Both the position numbers and the translations under genes were made by a program. From Geotalea uraniireducens Rf4 (GTDB taxonomy: Bacteria > Desulfobacterota > Desulfuromonadia > Geobacterales > Geobacteraceae), in the NCBI RefSeq assembly GCF_000016745.1, contig NC_009483.1, positions 2,760,001 through 2,792,000 on the forward strand: DNA of 32,000 nucleotides, in the 5' to 3' direction. The notes beneath the pieces were generated by a model that searched no databases, was not told the DNA's origin, and saw nothing but the letters and a program-made list of their open reading frames with translations. Below are positions 10,272 to 18,234 of the stretch, piece by piece (position 1 is the stretch's first letter; every line of letters starts with the position of its first letter).

Positions 10272-11930
10272 CTACTGCTGCTCTATGGGCAGGACCAGGC
10301 AGAAGGTGCTGCCTTCGCCCGGCCGGCTCTCCACCTCGATGGTGCCGTTGTGGGACTCGGCGATCCCCAGGCTGACCGAAAGGCCCAGGCCGGTCCCTTT
10401 AGTGGCCTCTTTGCTGGTGTAGAAAGGGGTAAAAATTTTCGACATGTTTTCCGGGGCGATGCCGCTGCCGTTATCGCTCACACTGAGCACGGCCCATCTC
10501 TTTTCATCCTCCACCCGCAGCGAAGTGGCCACTTCGATGATTTTTTCCTTCCGTTCCACATCCGCCAGGGCATCGCGGGCGTTAATCAGAAAGTTGGTCA
10601 GCACCTGCTGGATCTGCGGTCCATTGGCAGTTACCCTCGGCAGATTGACATCGAACTGTTCGACAATCCTGATCTGGCTTCGGTTGATCTGGTATTGAAT
10701 CATGCTCAGCATTCGTTCCGCTTCGGCATTCAGGTCGATATCCGTCACCGGCGGCTGGTTCTGCCGGGAAAAGGTCAACAGGTTCTGGACGATCCGTTTG
10801 CAGCGCAGGCCGGAGTTGATGATATCTTCGAGCACTTCGGCTTTATCAAATTGCGCATCTTGTTGCAGATCCCTGGCCAGCATCTGTGCCGTGCCGATGA
10901 TGACGGTCATGGGGTTGTTCAGCTCATGGGCCACCCCGGCCGCCATCTCGCCGAGTGCGGCCAGTTTGGCTGAATTGACCAGCTGAGCCTCCATCTTGGT
11001 CTTCTGAGTGACGTCCTTGAGGATGATGGTCACCGCTGACAGCTGCTTGTCTTCGTTAAACACCGGATAGTAGGACAGGTCAAGAACCAGCCCCGACTCG
11101 GTCTGCCAGCGCTGGAAAACCGGTTGGCCGTTTTTCTTGATTTCCTCGATGGGGCAGTTCGGGCAGATCCCGTCATGGCCATGGAGTTTGACGAAACACT
11201 TGTTGCTCAGCGCCTTATTCCAGGAATCGCTCATCTCGCGGGGAAGCCGGTCGTTATGGAGCAGGACGTTGTAATCTGTGTCGATGAGGAAGATCGGGTC
11301 GGTCACGGCCTTGAAGGTCTCTTCCCATTCCTTCTTTGCCCGCGAGACCTGCTTGTAGAGTCTGGCGTTCTGAATGCTTATGGACAGCTGGTCGGCCAGA
11401 TGCTGAATAAAGCTCAGATCCGCCTCGCTGTATGCAGAATCGAGGATGCTGGCAACAACGAGGGCGCCGATCACCTCATCCCGCTTGAACATCGGGGCAA
11501 TCGCCATCGCCCGGAGCGGACCCGGGTAGCCCGGATTGATCCGGATGTGGCTGAGCTCATCCGGCGTCAGATTGAAGATGCCGGCCTTTTTCTGCCGGAT
11601 GACCTTCAGGGAGGGGGAATGGGCGGGGAAGTTCTCGATTTTGCAGAAGTCCACGGGCATCATCGCCTTGAGCGACAGATCGCCGTTGCGGACCGTCACC
11701 AGCCCGAGGAAGTCACAGGGGAGCGTCTGCGGCAGCTTGGAAAAGGCCCGTTCGATGATGTCGGGGGTCGACATGTCGATGTTGATGTCCCGGGCGAGCT
11801 GATGCAGGATTTCCAGACGGCTGTTCTGCTTGAGAACCTCCTGGCTGCGCTTTTTCAGCTCGACGTAATAGTTGAGCTTCGAGGAGTCGACCCCGGTCAA
11901 TTGTTCGAGCAGCTTTTCCCTGTTTTCCAC
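10272..11930 (-). CDS. sensor histidine kinase (GAF, PAS, HisKA and HATPase_c domains)
   Basis: The H-box is AAGVAHELNNPMTVI, and the C-terminal ATPase has GSGI and GTGLGLSVS motifs. The ORF is open to a TTG at 11969. I prefer the GTG at 11930, which has a GAGGAA RBS 6 nt upstream. Confidence 0.85.
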   Translation of the reverse strand: MENREKLLEQLTGVDSSKLNYYVELKKRSQEVLKQNSRLEILHQLARDINIDMSTPDIIERAFSKLPQTLPCDFLGLVTVRNGDLSLKAMMPVDFCKIENFPAHSPSLKVIRQKKAGIFNLTPDELSHIRINPGYPGPLRAMAIAPMFKRDEVIGALVVASILDSAYSEADLSFIQHLADQLSISIQNARLYKQVSRAKKEWEETFKAVTDPIFLIDTDYNVLLHNDRLPREMSDSWNKALSNKCFVKLHGHDGICPNCPIEEIKKNGQPVFQRWQTESGLVLDLSYYPVFNEDKQLSAVTIILKDVTQKTKMEAQLVNSAKLAALGEMAAGVAHELNNPMTVIIGTAQMLARDLQQDAQFDKAEVLEDIINSGLRCKRIVQNLLTFSRQNQPPVTDIDLNAEAERMLSMIQYQINRSQIRIVEQFDVNLPRVTANGPQIQQVLTNFLINARDALADVERKEKIIEVATSLRVEDEKRWAVLSVSDNGSGIAPENMSKIFTPFYTSKEATKGTGLGLSVSLGIAESHNGTIEVESRPGEGSTFCLVLPIEQQ

Positions 11931-12124
11931 CGTTGTTTCCTCTAAACCCGGCGTTGAAACACCGGGCAACCTTCTATTGCCTTCCAGGATAATGAACGTC
12001 GTCCGCGCCCGGATTTAGGGCGGATTTGGTCCGGTCGATTGAGCATAACCGCAGGCGTGGCAGCGCCACGTTGAGGATTGTGCGATTGAGGCCAGGCCGA
12101 AGATGCCCTGAAGGCGGGCGCGGA

Positions 12125-13273
12125 CTACATGGCTTTGCGGAAAATGGCCTCTATCTCCTCGCACGTCGCACTGCGCGGATTGGTCACCAGGCAGGCGTCC
12201 TTCATGGCATTACGGCTCAGCAGAGGGATGAACTCTTCCTTCAAGCCGATTTGCGCCAACCCCTTGTCCAGACCGATATCCGCGATCAACCGCTTGACCG
12301 CCTCTATAGAAAGTTCGGCAGCCGCCAGGGTATCAAGCCCGGCAACGTCCTTCCCCATGGCTATGGCTATGTCCCGGAATCTGTCGGGACACGTGTGAAG
12401 ATTAAACTCCATGACATGGGGCAGGATCGATGCGTTGGTCTCTCCATGGTGTTGGTCGATCAGGCCGTCAACCTGGTGGGTCATGGCATGGGCAGCGCCG
12501 AGAATGGCGTTGGAAAACGCCAATCCCGCGGTAAGGGCGGCCATGGCCATATTGGCGTTGGCCTCCATATCAAGGCGGTCAGCGACCGCCCGCACCAGAT
12601 TATACGAAATCAGCTGGATCGCCTTGAGGGCGTGGATGTCGGTCAGGGGGGTCGCCGCCAGCGACACGTACGATTCGATGCCGTGGGTCAAGGCGTCGAT
12701 ACCCGTGGCAGCGGCCAGCTTTGCGTCCTTGGACTTGAGCAGTTCCGGGTCGACGATGGCGATATCCGGGACCAGGGACTTGGAGATGATGGACATTTTC
12801 AGTTTGCGTACCGTATCGACGATGATGGTGAACTGACTTACCTCGGAGCCGGCGCCGGCAGTGCTGGGGGCTATCACCATCGGCGGCAGCGGCCTGCTGA
12901 TCTTGTTGATTCCTTCGTAATCCTGAAGCCGGCCGCCATTGGCCGCCAGCATGGCGACTGCCTTGGCGACATCGGTGGGGCTTCCGCCGCCGACGGCCAC
13001 TATCCCGTCGCAACGCGCTTCCCTGTAGCGGATCACCCCTTCGGTCACTTCGAAATCCTTGGGATTGGTAGTCAAAGAGGAAAAGATCTCGGCTTCCACG
13101 CCGGCTGCGCGCAGGTAGTACACGGCCTGGTCGACCCAACCCGCATTGATCACGCCGTCGTCACTGACCAGGAAAACCTTGGAGGCCCCGATGCGCACGA
13201 CGCTTTCGCCAAGCTGGCTCAGGGAACCTCGGCCGAAGATGATTTCAGGCGCTACAAATTTGCTGATATTCAC
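12125..13273 (-). CDS. iron-containing (group III) alcohol dehydrogenase
   Basis: 382 aa with GGGSPTDVAKAVA and a His-rich metal site (AAHAMTHQVDGLIDQHHGE). It uses a GTG start with an AAGGAGG RBS 4 nt upstream, 26 nt after the lipoprotein stop, so it is probably co-transcribed. Confidence 0.9.
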   Translation of the reverse strand: MNISKFVAPEIIFGRGSLSQLGESVVRIGASKVFLVSDDGVINAGWVDQAVYYLRAAGVEAEIFSSLTTNPKDFEVTEGVIRYREARCDGIVAVGGGSPTDVAKAVAMLAANGGRLQDYEGINKISRPLPPMVIAPSTAGAGSEVSQFTIIVDTVRKLKMSIISKSLVPDIAIVDPELLKSKDAKLAAATGIDALTHGIESYVSLAATPLTDIHALKAIQLISYNLVRAVADRLDMEANANMAMAALTAGLAFSNAILGAAHAMTHQVDGLIDQHHGETNASILPHVMEFNLHTCPDRFRDIAIAMGKDVAGLDTLAAAELSIEAVKRLIADIGLDKGLAQIGLKEEFIPLLSRNAMKDACLVTNPRSATCEEIEAIFRKAM

Positions 13274-13299
13274 AATGCCTCCTTAACAGAACAACCATC

Positions 13300-14418
13300 T
13301 TACTGGTACTGGATGTAGATCGGCTTCGGGTTCAGCTTGAGCAGGTCCTGCGGCGTCATCAGCGGGTCGCCCTTCTTCGTGTCGTTATGATAGAAGAGCT
13401 TGAAGCCGGTGTACTGCACCGGTTCGGACACCACGTAATCCTTGTACGAGTCACGCTTCAGCCATGGCGCGCCCCAGCCGTCCATGTGCATGACAATCTG
13501 CACCTCGGGTCGCAGCGCTATGCTCCGGGCATTCGTTACGCCGTTGCGCGTGAACCGGTGCACCGTCAGCACCTTCGGCGGGAGATTGTACTTCTTCACC
13601 AGGTCCTTGAGGTAACCTGTGACGTAGTTGATATCCGCCGCATCGTAGGTGCCGATCTTGGTCCCAGGCTTCTTCCCGCTCTTGATCAGGTTGAACTCCG
13701 GGTCCATGCCCAGATGCACGTCAGGATTCTTCAGTATCCATTCAAAGCGGGGCAGCACGGTCCGGATGTTGTCATGCCCGGTCTGGATGTCGATGAACAG
13801 CAGGGCGTTCGCTTCTTTGGCCCACCCGTACACCTGTTCGATGATTTTGTCCGGCATTATCATCCGGTACTTCCCGGCCTTGCCCGGCTCCCCCTGCGCC
13901 ACCACTGCGATCAGATGCAGGGCAGGCTGTACCGGCATCTTTGGGTCCGCCTTCTCCCATCGTGCCACCTCCACCTTCAGCCGACGCAGCATCTCGTCCT
14001 TCGGGTACTCGCCCAGCGCTCCCATCCGTTTGGAAAGGGGGTTGCCGTAATAGGCCACGATCCGCTTCTTCGGCAGGATCGACCCCGGCAGCGACGCGGG
14101 GCAATTCACCGGCCAGCCGCACTTCTTCGCAAACGCGGGGTCCTCACCCGCATTGTACTTGACCTTGGATGCGACGGCGCCCTTTGCTGCACTGCTCTCA
14201 TTGGCGAAGGCCTTGTCCACTTTACGGGTTGCAGTCGTCTGCGGCGCGAAGCTCGCCGCCTGGGCCACTGAAGTGGTGTTCTCCTTCTTCGCGGATCCAG
14301 CCGCCGGTTTAGTGCCGGTCTTGTCTGCCCCGCACCCCGCCAGGGCGAGCGGCAGAGCGACAGCCAGCAAAAGGAAAACAAACGAACGGTTTGACATGGA
14401 AATGCATCGGTGCTTCAC
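13300..14418 (-). CDS. conserved hypothetical lipoprotein
   Basis: GTG start with a GGAG RBS and a lipobox (LALAGC). The mature part has no motifs I can assign to a named family. Confidence 0.7.
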   Translation of the reverse strand: MKHRCISMSNRSFVFLLLAVALPLALAGCGADKTGTKPAAGSAKKENTTSVAQAASFAPQTTATRKVDKAFANESSAAKGAVASKVKYNAGEDPAFAKKCGWPVNCPASLPGSILPKKRIVAYYGNPLSKRMGALGEYPKDEMLRRLKVEVARWEKADPKMPVQPALHLIAVVAQGEPGKAGKYRMIMPDKIIEQVYGWAKEANALLFIDIQTGHDNIRTVLPRFEWILKNPDVHLGMDPEFNLIKSGKKPGTKIGTYDAADINYVTGYLKDLVKKYNLPPKVLTVHRFTRNGVTNARSIALRPEVQIVMHMDGWGAPWLKRDSYKDYVVSEPVQYTGFKLFYHNDTKKGDPLMTPQDLLKLNPKPIYIQYQ

Positions 14419-14650
14419 AAATACTCCTTCAAAGGGCAGTACACGCCGGTGCCTGTTGACTTATGACGCGCTCACAGAAATGCGCTGCCAAAAGGAAAGG
14501 CCGGGCGAGGACCGCATAAAATTGGATTTGCCTGGTAGAGGCAGATTGAACGACCGTTGACGGCGCCAGGAAAACATAACATGCGCCATATAAGGCGGGA
14601 CGTGCAGTGCCCGTCAGCCTTCATCATCAAAATCGGAAAGGCTCCGGGCA

Positions 14651-14680
14651 ATAGTAACCTTTTTGCCATTACAGTGTCAA
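14651..14680 (-). promoter_or_regulatory. candidate sigma70 promoter for the lipoprotein-ADH operon
   Basis: The minus strand reads TTGACA, an 18-nt spacer, then TACTAT. This would give a ~225-nt 5' UTR. Confidence 0.35.
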
Positions 14681-14864
14681 TTGCGGAAATGTTTGGTTCT
14701 TTCGCTACAAAGTTGAACCGTTGCAAACCCTATTGAATCAACCCCTGATCCATAACCAGACGCAGAGAAAAAACTCTAAAAAGCCGTTGAACTTCTCAGC
14801 GCCTCTGCGTCTCTGCGTTAATTTTGTGTTTTCTGCACTTTCAATTTAAATACGATTGAACCAA

Positions 14865-15038
14865 TTGAAATTTCATAATTCATCCTTCATACTTGCCGTA
14901 AACTCCTTGACAACCTCCTCTATGGGTGTATGAATGTTAGTAAATTTTATGTAGTACCCGGGAGGGGAGATGGGGTGCCGGAGCGCAGGTTCAGAGAGCC
15001 GCTTGGTCAGCGTGGAAGCTGATGGAGCGGCTTTTTTT
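14865..15038 (+). promoter_or_regulatory. promoter-leader-terminator module, copy 1, upstream of the CFI-box operon
   Basis: Three TTCAT direct repeats lie at 7-bp spacing (14872, 14879, 14886). TTGACA (14907-14912), a 16-nt spacer and TATGAAT (14929-14935) follow. A ~100-nt leader then ends in a terminator. The module is repeated at 17754-17934. Confidence 0.55.
14997..15038 (+). terminator. rho-independent terminator/attenuator inside leader copy 1
   Basis: AGCCGCU-UGG-UCAGC-guggaa-GCUGA-UGG-AGCGGCU followed by U7. Confidence 0.65.
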
Positions 15039-15171
15039 CTGGTCCAAGGTGGTGCCCTGGAAGCCTGACCCCGCTGGCCGCCCCTGTTTCGTGTCCCCGT
15101 CGGAGTAAAGCCTGCCAATGGAAAGATGGAAAAGAAGAAGATCCTTGAAGAAGGGGATGGGTGAATTCACC

Positions 15172-17013
15172 ATGTCTATGACTTTTAAATACATTAGCCG
15201 GTTTTTTGCGGCGCTAGCTGTTCTCCTCGTCGTTTCCGTCCCGAAAGCGCTCTGGGCGGAGGATCTGATCGTCGAGCATAACCCTACCGATCCCACCCAT
15301 TTCTCCTCCATCCAGGCGGCCATCGACCACGCCGCCATTATTTTGAGTAACCCGTCCTTGATCAACACCAATTTCCGCGTGATCGTCAAGGCCGATCCCG
15401 TTCCCTATACCGGACCCATCACGCCCATCAGCAACGTGCCGATCATCGGCACCAGTACCGCCGGAACCTTCATTTCCGGCATCGGAGCAGGAACGCTCAT
15501 CAGCTTGAGCAACGTCTCCTCGGTGGCGATCCAGAACTTTACCTTCCGGGGTGCCCTCATCGGGATTACCGTCGCGAACAGTTCAGCCATCGGCATCACT
15601 AACATCGTGTTTCAACTGGGCACAGCCGGCACTGCCGTTCAGGTACAGAACTCACCGGCTACCTCTATCATCAACAACACCTTTTTCGGCAACGGCACCG
15701 CCATCAGTACCGATTCGAACATCACCATCACCAATAACATCTTTTCCACCAACACCACGGCAATTTCGACCCAACCAACCCTGACGCAACTTTCCTATAA
15801 TGATTATTTCAACAACGGAACGAACGGAGTCACCAATCTGGACGCCCATTCCATCCCCAGCTCTCTGGTTGCGAATGCGAACCCCCTCTTTGTGAACGCG
15901 GGCAGTGACTTTCATCTGCAGCCCGGATCGCCCTGTATCAATGCCGGAAATCCTCTGTATCCCAATTCCTTCGACAGCACCACCTTCGACATGGGAGCCT
16001 ACGGCGGGCCGAACAGCGACATCCTGCTTGCCACGGTGACGGGCCTGGTTTCCTCGCTGACCACACCGTCAACCATTGCGCTCAGATGGAACCCAACCAG
16101 CAACAGCAAGGTGACAGCATACCGGGTCTACTATGGGACTTCCTCCCGGAATTACAACGGCACGCAGGCCGCCGAAGGACCTTCTCCATTGACGGTGCCA
16201 GTGGGAACCACCAGCGCGAACCTGAGCGGGCTCCCTCTCACGGGGCCGGCCGTACCGGCGGTTCCGACGCTCACCGCGACCGCTCCCCTGAACCAGGCCC
16301 TCCAACTCTCCTGGACCACCGTTTCCGGGGCGACGGGGTACCGGATTTTCTACAGCACCGCCACCTTCGATGCATCCTCGCTCCCCGCAACCTTCGTCGA
16401 TGTCGACGGCGGCACCGTGTCGTCCTTCCGGCTTTCCGGATTGACCAACGGCACGACCTATTTCGTGGCGGTCTCCGCCCTGGCACAGACCACGTTTTTC
16501 GCCGCGGTTACCGTCGTCATCAACAGCACCGTCGCTTCCAACCCCGGAAGCGCCAACGAAAGCTCCTTTTCGCAGGAGACCAGCCAGCGGGTCGGCCCGG
16601 TCCAGATGAGCGGCATATCGAACCTCTTGAGCGATTTCCCGGAGGCCATCGCCCCCTTTCCCAACCTCAAGAGCAAGGGGTGCTTCATTGCCACCGCAGC
16701 GTACGGTTTCTACTCGGCCCCGCAGGTGCAGGCGCTGCGCGACTTCAGGGACCGCTATCTCATGACCAACGCGCCCGGCAGGGCCTTCGTCGACTGGTAC
16801 TACCGTTACGGGCCGCGCGGCGCTCATTTCATCAATGCCCATCCCTGCCTCAAGCCGCTGGTCCGGATCGCGCTCTTCCCCCTGGTGTACGGCTCGATGC
16901 TGCTCCTGTACGCATCGGGCGGTGTCAAAATCGCCGTGCTGATCTGCGCGGCACTGGCGTCCGTCATTCTTGTGCAGAGAAAAAAGCTGCTGGCATTGGG
17001 AGGCACGCGTTGA
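15172..17013 (+). CDS. secreted surface protein with right-handed parallel beta-helix repeats, two fibronectin type III domains and a C-terminal [10 protein letters not shown] (CFI-box-type) anchor domain
   Basis: The signal peptide is [29 protein letters not shown]. PbH1-like repeats include [32 protein letters not shown]. The beta-helix C-cap is [16 protein letters not shown] ... FDMGAYGG. The FN3 domains include TAYRVYYG and TGYRIFYS ... TTYFVAVSA. The C-terminus reads [29 protein letters not shown]...[10 protein letters not shown]... followed by a TM helix. The ORF is open from 15118, and the start at 15172 was chosen on signal-peptide logic. Confidence 0.8.
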   Translation: MSMTFKYISRFFAALAVLLVVSVPKALWAEDLIVEHNPTDPTHFSSIQAAIDHAAIILSNPSLINTNFRVIVKADPVPYTGPITPISNVPIIGTSTAGTFISGIGAGTLISLSNVSSVAIQNFTFRGALIGITVANSSAIGITNIVFQLGTAGTAVQVQNSPATSIINNTFFGNGTAISTDSNITITNNIFSTNTTAISTQPTLTQLSYNDYFNNGTNGVTNLDAHSIPSSLVANANPLFVNAGSDFHLQPGSPCINAGNPLYPNSFDSTTFDMGAYGGPNSDILLATVTGLVSSLTTPSTIALRWNPTSNSKVTAYRVYYGTSSRNYNGTQAAEGPSPLTVPVGTTSANLSGLPLTGPAVPAVPTLTATAPLNQALQLSWTTVSGATGYRIFYSTATFDASSLPATFVDVDGGTVSSFRLSGLTNGTTYFVAVSALAQTTFFAAVTVVINSTVASNPGSANESSFSQETSQRVGPVQMSGISNLLSDFPEAIAPFPNLKSKGCFIATAAYGFYSAPQVQALRDFRDRYLMTNAPGRAFVDWYYRYGPRGAHFINAHPCLKPLVRIALFPLVYGSMLLLYASGGVKIAVLICAALASVILVQRKKLLALGGTR

Positions 17014-17678
17014 AGAGATTGTTACTGGCACTGGCGCTTCTGTTCATACCGGCCGTTGCCCTGGCCGCAGAGGGGAGCAGCGACCGTCCGCACTGGTCGC
17101 TGGAGCTGAAGGGAGGCGTCTTTTTCCCCAACCTGTCCCGCTGGTCGGATTTTTACGGCTCGAGTTTTACCTCGGAGTTCGGCGGCGCTCTGGCCTACAA
17201 GGTCAGGCGCGAGATCGAGGTGGGGATCGAAGGGACCTACGTGAGCGCCGACGGGAACGGGCAAGCGCCGCTGCATGCGCAGGTTGCGGGAGGGGGCCAG
17301 GTGGCAGCCGGACAGGTGAGCTACGAACTCTTTCCGCTCAACGTCTTCGTCCTCGCGCGCGGGGTCTTCAGCGAGGATCAGCCGCTGGTGCCCTATCTCG
17401 GTGGTGGGTGGACCAGGATGTTCTATCGGGAAGAGGTGAAAGGACAGGGGAAGGTGCAGGGCTCGACCAACGGCTTCCATGTCAGGGGGGGGATCCAGTT
17501 CCTGCTGGACCGTATCGATGCGGACGCAGCGAGAAATCTGGACCGCGACTACCATGTGCGCCACACTTATTTCTTCACCGAAGCGAAATACACTCGCGCC
17601 ACTGCCGACACCAATCCTTCCGGGTCCGTCAACCTTGGGGGTGTCAGTTATCTGGGTGGATTGCTCTTCGAGTTTTAA
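17010..17678 (+). CDS. small outer-membrane beta-barrel protein, translationally coupled to the upstream gene
   Basis: The TTG start at 17010 overlaps the upstream TGA (TTGA), with a GGGAGG RBS 6 nt upstream. The signal peptide is [22 protein letters not shown]. Alternating beta-strand patterns run to the C-terminal GGLLFEF. The 530-aa track ORF (16086-17678) is real only from 17010 on. Confidence 0.8.
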   Translation: MKRLLLALALLFIPAVALAAEGSSDRPHWSLELKGGVFFPNLSRWSDFYGSSFTSEFGGALAYKVRREIEVGIEGTYVSADGNGQAPLHAQVAGGGQVAAGQVSYELFPLNVFVLARGVFSEDQPLVPYLGGGWTRMFYREEVKGQGKVQGSTNGFHVRGGIQFLLDRIDADAARNLDRDYHVRHTYFFTEAKYTRATADTNPSGSVNLGGVSYLGGLLFEF

Positions 17679-17753
17679 AAAGTGACGAATTCAGTACTGA
17701 GCCAAGGTGGGAGATTAATGAACAATACAATTATGAAGTATGAAGGTTGAATG

Positions 17754-17934
17754 TTGAAATTTCATAATTCATCCTTCATACTTTTTTTCAATCTCCTTGA
17801 CGATGCCACCTCTCGGGGTGTATGAATGTGAGTAATTTTTTATGCATGTACCGGGGAGGGGCGATGGGATGCCAGAGTGCAGGTTCAAAAAGCCGTTTGG
17901 TCAGTGTGGAAGCTGATGGAGCGGCTTTTATTGT
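17754..17934 (+). promoter_or_regulatory. promoter-leader-terminator module, copy 2, with no downstream cargo gene
   Basis: It is near-identical to 14865-15038, including the TTCAT x3 repeats, TTGACG/TATGAAT and the terminator (17891-17934). The -35/-10 spacer is 2 nt longer and the U-tract is interrupted (UUUUAUUG). Confidence 0.5.
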
Positions 17935-18016
17935 TCTTAATGGAGAAATAGACAAGATGTCCCCACCGCCCTTTTCTGAAAAAGACTATGGTTCATCCTG
18001 GCACGGCACTGGAAAA

Positions 18017-18155
18017 GCATATAATATTAGATGCCAATTGGATAATAGAATAAATGAAAAAACAGGCAAAAGCATATAATATTAGATACCTTACAGGCAT
18101 ATAATACTAGATGCTGGCATATAGTATTATAAACAAGTATATAATAATAGATGCC
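18017..18155 (+). repeat. array of five imperfect 19-bp AT-rich quasi-palindromic direct repeats
   Basis: GCATATAATATTAGATGCC (18017), GCATATAATATTAGATACC (18072), GCATATAATACTAGATGCT (18097), GCATATAGTATTATAAACA (18117) and GTATATAATAATAGATGCC (18137). A TGCTCAA-n7-TTGAGCA hairpin follows at 18166-18186. Confidence 0.7.
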
Positions 18156-18234
18156 ACATGCTAACTGCTCAATAACACGTTGAGCAAATAATATAAAGAA
18201 ATTAGGATGTTACGCCACTTTATGAGGCTAACGA

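Noticed and set aside
12026-13318. 430-aa plus-strand ORF, and other long ORFs antisense to the ADH, mutS, glnD and kinase genes
   Set aside because: These are shadow ORFs opposite well-supported genes. Their products are Arg/Gly/His-rich and low in complexity, and they have no RBS. This is a typical GC-rich antisense artefact.
14475-14492. Possible sigma54 promoter (TTGGCAGCGCATTTCTG on the minus strand) upstream of the lipoprotein-ADH operon, next to a sigma54 activator
   Set aside because: The -24 GG is present, but the -12 position reads TTTCT/CT instead of GC at the required GG-N10-GC spacing. Other TGGCA occurrences nearby have the wrong spacing.
14937-15038. GEMM-I/GEMM-Ib (c-di-GMP/cGAMP) or other known riboswitch in the leader, since such genes in Geobacter often carry GEMM
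   Set aside because: None of the conserved cores I can recall are present: GCAAAC...GGGACGCAAAGCC for GEMM, the ykkC GGGA/ACGR cores, or the glycine, Moco, ZTP and fluoride cores. I kept it as an unclassified leader instead.
16086-17009. N-terminal 308 codons of the 530-aa track ORF, and the 320-aa minus-strand ORF 16069-17031
   Set aside because: Both overlap the FN3/CFI-box coding frame and translate to Arg/Pro/Gly-rich nonsense. Only the part from the TTG at 17010, which has an RBS and a signal peptide, is credible.
17822-18079. 85-aa ORF starting in the -10 region of leader copy 2
   Set aside because: It runs through the promoter, leader, terminator and the AT-rich repeat array. Its N-terminal part is frame-shifted relative to copy 1 by an indel, so it is not conserved. 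Only the short MGC(Q/R)SAGS... segment is shared, and that is covered under the leader finding.
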